64,000 bases of DNA, taken from contig NC_068988.1 of the NCBI RefSeq assembly GCF_001194135.2, forward strand, positions 89,494,022 through 89,558,021, read 5' to 3'. The stretch's first letter is position 1. Each line of letters opens with the position of its first letter. Shown here piece after piece: positions 38,821 to 51,759 of this stretch. A model generated the notes under the pieces. The model searched no databases. It worked only from the letters and a program-made list of their open reading frames with translations, and was not told the origin of the DNA. A program made the translations under genes and the position numbers. This DNA is from Octopus bimaculoides. Taxonomy: Eukaryota.

Positions 38821-39062
38821 CCTTAATTTTTTTCCACAAATAATAACGTATATGACTGGCGTTGTTTGTCTTGCCTTAACGTGTGTTGTCCTCATTAACA
38901 ATTATATATATATATATNNNNNNNNNNNNNNNNNNNNNNNNNNNNNNNNNNNNNNNNNNNNNNNNNNNNNNNNNNNNNNNNNNNNNNNNNNNNNNNNNNN
39001 NNNNNNNNNNNNNNNNNNNNNNNNNNNNNNNNNNNNNNNNNNNNNNNNNNNNATATATATAC

Positions 39063-39114
<52 letters not shown>

Positions 39115-39603
39115 ATTCATGTTTGTGTACATATGCATGCACAGTCGAAAATATAATGTATTCTTAGCAAAATTTTGATATGAGTAGGCAAGCTCTTGGA
39201 AATTGAGTAAGCTACAGAAAAATACATTAATTCAGTAACGGATTAAACAACGAGACAGGATAAATGTTTATTCAACATATTGCGCCTGATACTCTGTATA
39301 CATAATCATTCACAACAACATTGCTAACTAAAATGACAAGAAACACTGTTATGAAATCCCGGTCATCAACCTTGTATAATTATGCATATGAATGTACAGT
39401 ATTAATGATATATTCAGTCTAACATAATTAAATAAAGTTGAGGTTTTCAACTTAGTAATATCTGAGATAATATAAATGATACTGTATGAAATGTAAAATA
39501 ATATAATATCACTCTTAGCAATTAAAGTTCTTTTTTAATTATTCGCTGGTTAAATCTTTGTGGCGAGGTTACATGCATAAATGCTATAATATATTATTTC
39601 AAA

Positions 39604-39820
39604 AGGCGGCGAGCTGGCGGAAACGTTAGCACGCCGAGTGAAACGCTTAACGGCATTTCGTCTGTCATTACGTTCTGAGTTCAAATTCCGCCGAGGTCGA
39701 CTTTGCCTTTCATGTGTTCGGGGTCGATAAATTAAGTACCAGTTGCGTGCTTGGGTTGATCTAATCCACTGGCCCCTTCCCCCAAAGTTTCGGGCCTTGT
39801 TCCTAGAGTAGACAAGAATA
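39604..39820 (+). mobile_element. SINE-A, best-preserved full-length copy
   Basis: AGGCGGCGAGCTGGCGGAAACGTTAGCACGCC...GTTCTGAGTTCAAATTCCGCCGAGGTCGAC...CCTAGAGTAGACAAGAATA. Confidence 0.95.
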
Positions 39821-41866
39821 TATGATTTATTTCCATAAATAACATTGCATATGTTAGTGATGTTTATTTGTGTGCGTATACATATACGTGTGTTTGTGTG
39901 TGTGTGTATGTATGTGTTTGTATTACTCTGAGTATCTGTATGTGAATATCTTCGTTCAGTCTATGGAAACACATACATAGAAAAGTAAAATTTCCTACTG
40001 AAAATCCTCAAATTTTAAAATATATTTCTCTCTCAAATGGATTTATATCAACCCTTATTTGTAAATCTTCTTTACTGTCCAAGCTACACTTTCTAGTCAA
40101 CTTTCCATAAAAAAAGGTAGTGCCTAGGTTTACTCCACCCTCCTTATCTAACCCCATCTTCCTTTGCATTTAAATCATTTAAATAACAATACGTCCTGTT
40201 CCTCTGGCTCAAGTTCTCCTCTCATTACTGAAATACAGCATCTTTTTGAGTATATCTACTCTTGTTTCGGCAAGCTCCATTTTGCTAGCGTGTAAGCTTT
40301 CAAATCTGACAACCATTGCATCTCAGAGCTAAAAAGCCTAATGTTTTCCTATTCTCAAACCTTTACCGCAACTTCGTTCACAGACTACTCGCATTCCATT
40401 TCTTCTCGTAGATAGACACCTGAAGCACAATTGATCTCGTCCTCATTTCAAAACCTAACGTTTACCAATCTGTAACCTCCATGCGACATGTCAGGCTCAT
40501 CACAACCACTTTAAACACAACCTCATACCACACGATATTGCTCTGTACCCACAACAAATTAATCGATATACATTCACTCCTGTCCTAATATTTCTTCAAT
40601 CTTAAACATGTTCACACTTAAGTCATAACTTTGGAGTGTATACTTCACCCCCACACCATTCATCGGTATTCTTCATGTCTCTAAAATATCATAATCACAC
40701 ATGTAGTTTTAAATTGCGAGCAGTTAAATCCTCATCACGTTTTAAGTTCTTTGATTGTATTACCATTAGATCTGCAAGCTTAGTACATGTTAGCTATCAA
40801 CGGAACTAATACAGATGGTTATATTCTAAACTTCCAAAAAGTTTTTTTTCAAAACTGTCCTCAGAGGAGCATATATGTATTCAGCATTTCCTCGTCACCT
40901 ATCATCATACAATTGCTATACTTTATTTTCTCTTCCATTGATTTCTAATTGTTTTACTATTTCGCTTCGCATCAATTTGCTGTTCCTTTTTGTCTACAGG
41001 GGTGACTTCCGTATAAAGTTCTTTTGACATGTAATAAACATTCATTCTTACATTGATGAATCGTGATTTAGATAGACTTGTCGCAAAGAAGTGACTGTAC
41101 TTAATATACGGTTGACTATACTGTTTATATACATATGTGTATATAATATATACGTTGATGTATAACCTATCATACTCGTGCGTCCAAGGTATTTTCAGAC
41201 ATTTATACACTAGGTAGTTCAGTTTATAGAATAACTGATATTTTATACATCTTTCTTGCTGGAAATTTCCCTCAATGTCACCCACTCATCCTACTTCGTA
41301 TATTCATCGTCTACATCATTTTATCTTGTGTGATTGTGTGCGTGTATATTCTAGCATTTAGTTTTATATAAATGCTATACTTCTTCATCGACCAAGATAT
41401 CTTTATTATATATATTATATATGAATTGCCAGTGAACTACCTTAATTTACCCTTTTACTGATTAAATCTTCACTGCACATATATATTTGCCTTCATACCA
41501 TGCACATGAATGTTTCTCACACCGACATCATACATATCACGCTAACCTCGGTATTTAGCTTTCGGTTCCATTATATGCGTATTCACTACATCAATTGCAA
41601 AGGGTAGTTATTAACAGCAAGAGGATATCTTCCTTCCATCTTCGACACCTAGGCACCACCACCTCATTATCCCAGCTACTACATCAACACCAAAGATTCT
41701 TCCACTGCAGCGCCATGCAATGTCTCCTCGAAATCATATTCAGAATATAAAAACCGCTCCCGGCAGCGTCACAATCCCAACATCACCCTCACAAATTCTC
41801 CGCTATTGCTTCTCCTGTATATCATCCACTATAAAATCACAGTCATATAATCACCACAAAAACATT

Positions 41867-42213
41867 CAACGGTAAAGCGTAAAGACCCCCTTCGGTCATA
41901 AATGACCATGGGATTGGACCTAGAAAGTTCCTCTCCGAGGAACAAGTCTGGGCAAAGTTGTTCATGGAACACCGGCCGTCGCCCATGCATACCAGCCCTC
42001 CTTCTCCACTCCATCGATGTTATCCAAGGGCAAGGCAAAAGCCGGTACAGATTGGCACCAGTGGCGTCACAACTCATTTCTACAGTTGAGTGAACTGGAG
42101 CAATGTGAAATAAAGTGTGTTGCTCAAGAGCACAACACACAGGTCAGTTCGGGAATCGAAATAACTACCTCATGATTGTGAGACCAACGTTCTAACCAAT
42201 GAGCCATGAGCCT
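41867..42213 (-). mobile_element. Full-length tRNA-derived SINE-D
   Basis: The reverse complement begins AGGCTCATGGCTCATTGGTTAGAACG (A box)...TTTCGATTCCCG (B box). The central part is CTTGAGCAACACACTTTATTTCACATTGCTCCAGTTCACTCAACTG, followed by a distinct 3' part ending CTTTACGCTTTACC. Confidence 0.85.
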
Positions 42214-43349
42214 TTTTCACAATTGAACAAACATATAGTTACCCCATGTATTCTCCGCAAAACGCCAACACCATGATTCACTTCATAACACTCTTCGACA
42301 TTTTTGCAATCACAACATTATTTTCACAGCAAATACTTCCGTTATGTTACATACATATAACAACACCACTTCCATAGCAATACTTTATCGAAATTAGTCC
42401 CGCACCATTACATCCCAAATATAGTGCATAGTGTACCCCTCGTATAAATTTTGCGAGATCTCTCTTCCATAACAAAATTTCATTTACTGCGATATGAATT
42501 TTTTTAAATGTCTATTAATGACATTCCTGCAGATATTCTCGTCTTAGAATAGATTTAGTTTACCGTTGTGGTGTGTTAGGCGTTTCTTGCTTGAAAGTAA
42601 GGCTCATTTTATATAATTACGGAGGTATTTCAGTCTTTTCGCTAACCAGTCACTTTCTTCTAAATATATTCCGACAAATCACCGTTTTATGTCCAACGTT
42701 CCAATTTCAAATCTATAGACGCATGCTTGGTTATAATCAGTAAGGCGTATAGATGCCACACTATACATATAAATATAACACACGCACAAACACGCACACA
42801 TAAATAAACATGCATATATACGTATACATATGTATTTGTATTTTGTATATCTATCTACTTAGTTTTATATATACATATATATGTATTAATGTACGTACGT
42901 ATGTACATAGAATCATTCTGAGTTTATCCACCTCCTAAAACATAATTTCCGACACTAAATGTCCAGTAATCATGTCCTTCATTTCAGCTAATCATAACAT
43001 TATAGTATCGATTACATTCATGGAGCCCTCTCGTCGAATATTATTGATATCAATTATCTTTTTTATAAGTATTGATTGTGTATATTAGCAAAATACCAAT
43101 TACTTGTAGCATTTTTAGTGAATACAATATAGTGAAAAACTTGTAGATATCCTAAAATTCTCCGCAGGGAATAGGGCTTCAAAGATGCTTGGAAGGGCAA
43201 CCTGCTAGACAAAAGACGTAAGTAGACGTAAGTATATTCCCAAGGCATATATCTACTCATCATTTACAATAAACAAGATTTTTGGGTTCTATACATATGT
43301 ACAACCTGGTATCCTTACAATGTAACAGGAAACTCACTATGAAAAGCAA

Positions 43350-44245
43350 TCACTGCACATGACTAAGTTTCACATGTTTCGTTGTGCCTTGAGAGAAGCA
43401 ATAAAAACACTTACTTTGCTGATAAAGCGTAAGATAACCTGTTTAGAATGAGATGCTACCTCTCGAGCAAAAGGGATGTAGAAAAACTTCTGAAAACATT
43501 TCCGGTGAATCAAGGACCATCATGCTATTGACAAGGCGATCTTGAGTAAAAACAAAAGATACCAAACGAATTTCTGCTAGGCTTGGATGGATTTTAACGA
43601 AACCTTTGACATGGTCCGACATTCTAGGTTAGTGAGATGTTTGGAATAGCAGATTATTTTATTAAAGTAATGGAACGTAGCATTGTGAAAGAGTAACTGG
43701 TATGTTGGAATTAAACACCTAGGTGTGATCAATATAAAAAAAACGGAATATTCCAAATAGATTCATTCTCGCCATTGATTTTAGTAATCGTCCTGATTCC
43801 ATTATAGATTATCTTACAGGAGATATTGCCTCTTAGATTGAAAAGATAGGACCTCAGATCAACCATCTAGTTTTCATAGATGATATAAAAGTTTTTGGTA
43901 AACACGAATCACACGTTGATTCAGTGGTCAGAATTGATCGCCCATGCCCAATAGACATTGAGATGGAATTCGGTATTACAAAATGCTTCACTCTGATTAT
44001 GCAGAGAGGTAAACTTGTAGTTGAATGGAATTACCTTGTGGAGAGTTCAATAGTGAATCTGAGAATAGTGGGTACACTATTTGGGCCTTTTTGCACCTGG
44101 TAAAATTTCTACATGATTAGATGACTGGAAATGTGGACACCCAGAGGTTTGAACAGCACATCAAAAATTTTGGAGTTACTATCAAGCTCGAAATGATCCA
44201 GAAAATAACTTTGTTTGGAGCAGCTACAAACCTAAGGAAAACTTG
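43350..44245 (+). mobile_element. R4/Dong-clade non-LTR retrotransposon remnant 1 (RT domains, apparently fused to the extreme C-terminus)
   Basis: Frameshifted motifs LPLEQKGCRK, IDKAIL, AWMDFNETFDMV, GIFQIDSFSPL, INHLVFIDDIKVFGK and DIEMEFGITKC; near 44180-44240, LEMIQKITLFGAATNLRK. Confidence 0.85.
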
Positions 44246-44249
44246 ACTC

Positions 44250-44685
44250 ATTGGGGGAGGTGAAAATCAAGAGAAGAATCTTCCAGTCGGAGAGTGTGTC
44301 CCCGCTGATATTCGTGCTGAGAATGATGCTCTTGAGTGAAATACTACACAAAACAAAGAGGTAAGGAAAAACCAAACCACTTGCAATTCATGGACGACCC
44401 GAAGCTATTCACAAAAAATTGAGGCAGAACTGGACAGCCTAGTCCAGTCTGTGCGGATTTTCTCAAATGATATTCAGATGGAGTTTGAACTGTCAAAATG
44501 TGCTACGATGGTAATGAGACAAGGAAAGCCTGCAAAGACAGAAGGCATATAGCTGTCAGGTGGTGAAATGATGAAGGAAATTCAACCTCAAACTAGCTAT
44601 AAATACCTGGGAATGCTTAAGGCAGATGGAATTAGACACCAAGATATAAAGGAAAAGACAAAACGAGAGCTATATATCGTCGTTA
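44250..44685 (+). mobile_element. R4/Dong-clade RT remnant 2
   Basis: LGEVKIKRRIFQSESVSPLIFV, NHLQFMDDPKLF, ELDSLVQSVRIFSNDIQMEFELSKCATMVMRQGK and YKYLGML. Confidence 0.88.
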
Positions 44686-45269
44686 TCTAAATCACCGCCA
44701 GTCGGTTGTTTAGCAGAGAAAATCCACTTCAGTACATGTGCCGTATTTCTATTATGTTTAACTTCTGACTTTGTTATCAGATTGTCCAGGAAATATATTA
44801 AGTGCTATGTAAGGTTTTATCTGGGTGTGTATATTTTATCCGACACACACTACGTCATTGTGTTTTTGATAAGTCGATTAAACTTTTGCAACACTCTCTT
44901 GTTTCTCACTGTATTTACTTTGGCAAGAATGGATCCCAGAACATACAAGATCAGAACTAAATACTCCGTCTTAGTTGCCACATTTTTGCTTTCATCCAAC
45001 CACACCACCATCTATCGGTTCTTCATGTTAATACAGAATGCAATTCAATTAGCTTCGCTTTGCCATCAAATTAATTTTGTTAATCTATTTAATTAAAGAG
45101 TTTAAATCAACAAAAACCCTGTTTAGCTAAACTACAAGCGATCTAATTAATTAACAATATCCCAATTAGGAAATTATTATAATTCCTACTTTTTGATTGT
45201 TTGTTTGGTCTTTGGTTACTTGTTTGTGTTTGTTTCAGTATTACGATTCTTTGATATTTTCATATTTCT

Positions 45270-45583
45270 AAGGCTGCGAACTGGCTGAATTCTCAGAATA
45301 GCGGCTATAACTGCTGTGCCTGATCGTGACCGCACCTTGCACGCTGAGTTCGAATAACGCCGAAATCAACTTCTCCTATCCTCATTTCGAAATTGATAGG
45401 TACTGTTCGGGGGCTGTGATCGACTCTAGATTGTCCCTCTTTCAGGATGAAATCAGAATGGGTCGGATGTTGATAGGGATGTGTTCACCAGATCCAAAAG
45501 TGCTCGAAGCGCATTGTATATTACAAGGGTTCCTTTAGGAATAGCTTGTCGATTAATAGTAGCTGTAATATTAGTAGTAACGC

Positions 45584-45647
<64 letters not shown>
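45270..45647 (+). mobile_element. Degenerate SINE-A-like copy ending in a long (ATT)n
   Basis: AGGCTGCGAACTGGCTGAATT head and ACGCTGAGTTCGAATAACGCCGAAATCAAC core; the 3' portion is poorly conserved. Confidence 0.5.
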
Positions 45648-46201
45648 GAGTGAGAGAAGAGTGCATGCCATCAAAGTAACACTGGGGTGAAATATACGAA
45701 GCCCAGTATACACACCATGACTACTTGTCTGATAAGGGTGCACGAGGCACATGCATCGCAACCATATGCACGCAATATGGTGATCTCATATCAAAATAAA
45801 CAGCGAATGACCTTGCAAGTAGAGCCCAGTTAGGATTTTCAACAGGGCGAGTAGCCCGTCCCGCTGAAAGGGTCCCTGAATAAAGTTTTTTTGATGATGA
45901 TGAACAAAACACGCATGTTTCCAGAGGTGAATGACTCAAACCCCAAAGATTTCCTCTCAACACATGGCTATGATGCTCCCCCACTGCGTCTGCTCGTGTT
46001 CAGAGATGCACATATCGTCAGCCACCAAGGGACATGCTCAACCGGTTAAGGTCAAACAACTGACAAGCAAATCTGTGGTATTGAGCAGAATATTTGCTGT
46101 AGCCCATCTTTTATACCAAGACGAAACAACGTACATGATAACACTTCCATTCAGTTAAGATCAAAAACCGCGAGAGCGGGAGCCTGGTACTGCATCAAGC
46201 A
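45648..46201 (-). mobile_element. ~550-bp unclassified non-coding interspersed element flanked by (AAT)n on both sides
   Basis: Homologous pieces occur at 36561-36591 and 47412-47575. No ORF and no tRNA-like head were seen. The orientation is inferred from the truncated copy at 36561. Confidence 0.8.
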
Positions 46202-46203
46202 TA

Positions 46204-46288
<85 letters not shown>

Positions 46289-46290
46289 CT

Positions 46291-47400
46291 TCGTAACACA
46301 GTGTAAGTAAAAATACACCGGAGACTTTAGTCATCTGTGAAGTCGCAACAAGCACCACAGACAGATAATACTTTCGTTAAGATGTGTACAGTGCCCAATA
46401 AGGCTGCTTTTTGCAAGACATCAATTTCGCATGGGATTTCCAGTTGCCTTAAGAAGTTTCGAAGTTTCAATGCGATTGAGCCCAATGCTCCGATCACCAC
46501 TGGTATTACTTTACATTGCATTCCATTTAGTCTTGCCATTTCCACTTTCAATTAAGAGTACTTGGCAGTTTTTTCAACCACTTTAATTACAACATTCATG
46601 GCATTTGGTATAGTTGCATCAATGATCGGACAGAATTTGTCTTTCTTACTCAATATGACCAATATCCGGCCGACAGTGTTCGATTACACGATCCGTCTGA
46701 AAATCATAGTCTCAAAGTATCGTTACTTTGCTATCCTCCTGCATAACTTTACTTGGTTCATGCTCATACCAGTTCTCTGTTACTTTATATTGGTATTTAC
46801 AGCATAAGAGCCAATGAAGATACACACACACTTTATCGTAGCGGCGCTTGTATTCTTTTGTGCAAATCTCTCACATTTTCCACACTCTTTCCGCAGAGTC
46901 TGCATTTCTGGGTGTCAGAATGTTTATAGATATTATACTTCACTGAATTGGTAGCGAGAGCCTGGTCTTGTGCAACAATGATCAGGCTTTCGGTGGTACA
47001 CTTCAAATCACCTCGTTCAAGCCATGCCCACGATGCCCTATTATCTTTAACGTCCTGTGTATTCTTTTCAAACTGACTTTTCAAACATTCATTCTCATTT
47101 CAAGAAGGTCTTCTTTCCCTTCTCTTCAGCTCTTTGGTTATACTCCGCCTTGCCCATCATTTCATCTGCATTGCAGCAGGTCTTCATCACTATCTATGAA
47201 ACACTCAGCAACCGTTCTCTTTTCACTCGTTATACAATGGTCTATACCTATCAGTCCTCTGCCACCATTCTTTCTTTTCATATACAGTCTGTTTACTTTC
47301 GTTTTGGGGTGTAGATTTTGATCTTTAAATTGTGACTGTTATTCCGTGTTTCATTGCCCCTAGAATGTATGAACAATGGCCCATACGTCCTTCATATTCG
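46291..47400 (-). mobile_element. R4/Dong-clade LINE 3' portion (CCHC region, restriction-like endonuclease, 3' UTR, (AAT)n tail)
   Basis: RLYMKRKNGGRGL; WAWLERGDLKCTTESLIIVAQDQALATN...CRLC; HWLLC.KY...WYEHEP; DFQTDRVIEHCRPD...IIDATIP...EKTAKY; VIPVVIGALGS...LQKAALLGTVHILTKVL. Confidence 0.92.
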
Positions 47401-47411
47401 TTACATTTATA

Positions 47412-47575
47412 CAAACCCCAAAGAATCCCTCTCAACACATGGCTATGAAGCTTCCACATTATTCTTGCTGATGATCAGAGATGCATTTATTGTCAGCCTC
47501 TAAGGGACGTGCTCAAATGGTTAAAATCAAACAACCCGCAAGTAAGCCTGAAGTATTGTGCAGAAGATTTGATAT
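47412..47575 (-). mobile_element. Internal fragment of the ~550-bp element, directly upstream of the R4 fragment
   Basis: Aligns by eye to about 45940-46100 (CAAACCCCAAAGA.T.CCTCTCAACACATGGCTATGA...TCAGAGATGCA...AAGGGAC.TGCTCAA). Confidence 0.85.
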
Positions 47576-48702
47576 AACGATATTTCTGCCTCGGCAACTC
47601 AGCGCTGAATCTGTCTGAAATGTAATGAAAAATAGGTCAGTTTCAAAACATTAATGGCAGGGAAAAGAGAACAAGTGCAAAGTTTGAAGAGAATAGTAGT
47701 CGTTTTCTCTGATTGCTAGATAGAAGCAAATAGGAAATAATACTTACTGTCCAAAGACAACCAAATCAAAATTTTGGTACAGAATGCAATGAACATCGGT
47801 CGAGTGGTGGTGTAGTTCTCTGTCTCAAACTTTCACACCCTTTTGTGTTCCATTAGGTCACCGTTGATTCACTCGGGTGTATCTATGCATGCTAGCGTCT
47901 ATATAAGAAGCAAAAGCAATTGGTGAAATTATGCTACGTATTGCCAAGACATACTCGCTCCTCGCTTATGTGTGACGGGTAGATGCATTTAAATTCCGCT
48001 TGAGTTGTGTAGAATATGTCATATTAATCTGTGGAAATTACATAGAATGTCATTTCGCTCTAGTGTGGGGTATGTTTTATTGTATACTGTGTGTATTACA
48101 TAATGTGTTGGGATTTTTATGGGATTGAGTATTGTGTATGACGCATGCGTTTTGTTATATTCTTGTTCAGTGATTCTCAAACTATTACTTTGTCTACGAT
48201 GTGTTATGTTTTGTTCGCTGATGATTGTGTTCTCTATATGAGTAGTTTTAATGGATTTCAGTGTCTCTTGATGATTGCGCAGCGCATGTGATGCATGGGT
48301 TGTGATATTACTGTTGGTAACATTATTATTAATAATAATTATAACAATAGCATCGATATTATATTAGTTGGTTGCCGTTGTTGCTCATGATGTTATTTTT
48401 ACTAATCTAATAAAATATATTTCTGTATTCAATATTTTCTTCTCTTTTTTTTTTTAAGGATCGTGAAACTGTTTAGTTTGGGCGCATGCAACTTTCACTG
48501 TAACACTCCATCACTTTCTTCCTCTGCATCTCTCCTTCCCTTTCCTCTTCTCTCTCTCTCTATATATATATGTGTGTGTATGTGTATGTGTATGCNNNNN
48601 NNNNNATATATATATATATATATATATATATATACTCACACACGAATATATATATACACACACACAAATATATATATATACAGACTGAGAAAGAGGAAAA
48701 TT

Positions 48703-48744
<42 letters not shown>

Positions 48745-50639
48745 CAGATGTGTTTATGTATGTATGAATATATATTCCTACATATATATGGATCATTGTA
48801 TATCTTATAATATGTATTTTAATTAGGCCCAATCAGCGGTTATTGTAAAATGCATCTATACAATAACCATTCAAATTTCATACGAATTCTCTTTTCTATA
48901 TCATGAAGCTGAAGGCGGCGTAAACGTATCCCTCTGGATATTTAGCTAGCGTGTTCTCGATAACTTTCCCCAAACAACCCAACTAATTTCTAGTAATTGA
49001 AATAAGGGAACGGAGAATAAAACATCATGACCGAGATATGAACTACATGCTTCCAATACAGGAGCTTCAACGTAGCAGATCTATCGATTTTCTATTCATA
49101 ACAGCAAAATTTCATTGAAAACACACATTGGAACTTAAAAATCAGCAAAAAAAGGACACATAGTATAAATTATATTGTAATAACTGTGACAGCATGCTTT
49201 AAAAGCAAAGGAAAAAAATAAGTACGTTGATCGAATCGTAAAGAATTTATGAAAGGATATGGTAGACAGATGTTGTCAGGATTTACGTAGCAACCACAAA
49301 TATACAGTAGCCTAAAAGACAATGCGGTTCACATGTATATAAAATGCTACAACGAAAGATGGTATATTATTACGTTAATGGAACTATAGCATGTTTCGGT
49401 TTTAAATATAATATCGAATATCAACAGAGCTAGATGCAAAGTATACTTGAGCATATACCTGTGTGGGGATATATATATATATATATATATATANNNNNNN
49501 NNNNNNNNNNNNNNNNNNNNNNNNNNNNNNNNNNNNNNNNNNNNNNNNNNNNNNNNNNNNNNNNNNNNNNNNNNNNNNNNNNNNNNNNNNNNNNNNNNNN
49601 NNNNNNNNNNNNNNNNNNNNNNNNNNNNNNNNNNNNNNNNNNNNNNNNNNNNNNNNNNNNNNNNNNNNNNNNNNNNNNNNNNNNNNNNNNNNNNNNNNNN
49701 NNNNNNNNNNNNNNNNNNNNNNNNNNNNNNNNNNNNNNNNNNNNNNNNNNNNNNNNNNNNNNNNNNNNNNNNNNNNNNNNNNNNNNNNNNNNNNNNNNNN
49801 NNNNNNNNNNNNNNNNNNNNNNNNNNNNNNNNNNNNNNNTATATATATATATATATATATATATGCATACATGCACACATATGGCATTATTTTACTCATA
49901 TGATTCCATTACCATTTTCATAGTTACGTAAATTGAAAACGTTGCCGTTGGCAGTGGAGGACGAACGGACATTCTGAAAACGGAGTAGTATATTCTCAGA
50001 AAAAAACTAGAGATATCATAATGTTTGCGATTACATGAATGCGCGTGTATATATATATATGTGTGTGTTTCCGTGTGTGTTATGTGACGCATTAGCAAAG
50101 TTTGCTTCTAATGTTTAATGTAATACAAAATAAACTTATAGATCTTTGCAAATACTACTAGTGTTTGACTAAATACTTTCGGTAATCGTAAAAACGACTA
50201 ACTAAACGTCTTAATGGCATCAACGTATCTATTTATTCTAAATACGCTCTGGCAGTTTCAAATGTATCTATTTACGCCTGTTTTTCTCCCCCCCCCCTTC
50301 TTTTTTTTTCTCAAGNNNNNNNNNNCCCCCCCCCCCTTCTTCTTTTTTTTCTCAAGAGAGCATACCCACTCATCTTGGACAACGCATGTTCATAATACAA
50401 GTGTTTCATCGGTGTGAGAGGACTTTGCGATACAGCAGCATTCTGATCTCATTGTGTTCCTCCTTAGGCATAGCTACCCACCCAGAAACGAAGAAAGTTG
50501 AGAAGAGTTACAACCCCCTGTTTAAACAGATGATAATTCATATTGAATCGTGACGTATCTATTCATTCTTAATAATCTTAACACGCTCATGCTAAATACT
50601 TGCGTCGTAAGTTTGTATATATGTGTGTGGGGGAGGGCT

Positions 50640-51755
50640 CGGAAGGCAAGGAGGTAGCACTTCTCTTGGTGCAGCTCTGCCAGGCAGGTCACCTTTGCGC
50701 TTGTAATTCCCTCCTGTCCGGGTTCAGCCTAACGTTCTTCATTGAGGCTTTGAATGTGTCCTCACTCATTACATGGAAGACGGGCATCTCCAAGAGCGTC
50801 AGTGTGGTATTAGGGAGGGCAGTATGACAGCTGGGATGTTCCTTGTGGCACGTCATCTTCTGGAGAAGTGCCAGGAACAGAACAGGGACCTATAAATGAC
50901 GTTTGTGCACCTAATCCAGGTCTTTAACACTTTCGAAATCTATGGAAAATTTCGGCTTCCGCGACAAATTCATTAACATGGTACTACAGTTTCACTCGCT
51001 CGGGTACTGGACAACAGAGATTCTTGCAGTTCATTTCCAGTCACTAACGGAGACGAGGAGAGCTGTGGACTCGCAGCTGCATTGTCAACCATGATGTCTT
51101 CACCCACACAGTTGGATGTCTTGAGCAACGACGAGGAAACCAGCATCAAAATAAGGTTCAAGGTTGATGGCAGACTGCGGAGGATACAGGCCAAGACCAA
51201 GGTGGAAGAAGATTCAGTAACCGATTCCTCTTCGTAGACGACTGTGCACTCAACATAACAATTTATTTCTCCACTGCCTGAGACAACTTTGGTCTCAGAG
51301 TCAGTACTAAGAAGACAGAGGTAATACGCCAATCTCCTCACCCCAACACCAAAACCCGTATGTGTAATTAACTATCACTGTCGATAGGGAAACAATGAAG
51401 GTTACTGATAAGTTCACGTAACTAAGCATCATACACTCCAGACGTGTAACTATCAACGACAATGTCAACACACTTGTCACTAAGGAAAGCTGAGAATCCG
51501 AGCGTGTGAGAATCTGTGTGGGAGAGCAGGGGCAAAAGGTGGGTCATCAAGTTAGGCAGTTCTATTGCTAACGCTACTGTACGCCCAGGAGATTTGGACA
51601 GTTTAAGAACGCAACGCCAAAATGCAAAAACCACTTTCGCACGAACTACTTGAAATGGCTGTTGAAAATAACGTGGTAAGACACGGTCCAAAGCTCGGAG
51701 TTCCTCTCTCGTGCAGATTTGCCAAGTATTTGCACCAAAACGAAGATGCGCGTCT
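50640..51755 (+). mobile_element. RTE (BovB-like) LINE reverse transcriptase pseudogene fragment
   Basis: Frameshifted motifs GHLQERQCG, LLEKCQEQNRDL, FPVTNG, RRIQAKTKVEED, FLFVDDCALN, STKKTEV, TLLYAQEIWTV and LKITW*D...LSRADLPSI. Confidence 0.9.
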
Positions 51756-51759
51756 GTGT

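Noticed and set aside
39960-41830. Possible very old LINE-like coding remnants on the minus strand
   Set aside because: Only vague motif resemblance was found, which is too weak to call.
51687-51725. Hammerhead-like string on the minus strand at the PLE 3' end (CTGCACGA...CTCCGAGCTT)
   Set aside because: The plus strand is RTE coding sequence (SEFLSRADLPSI) and the core boxes are not intact, so it is coincidental.
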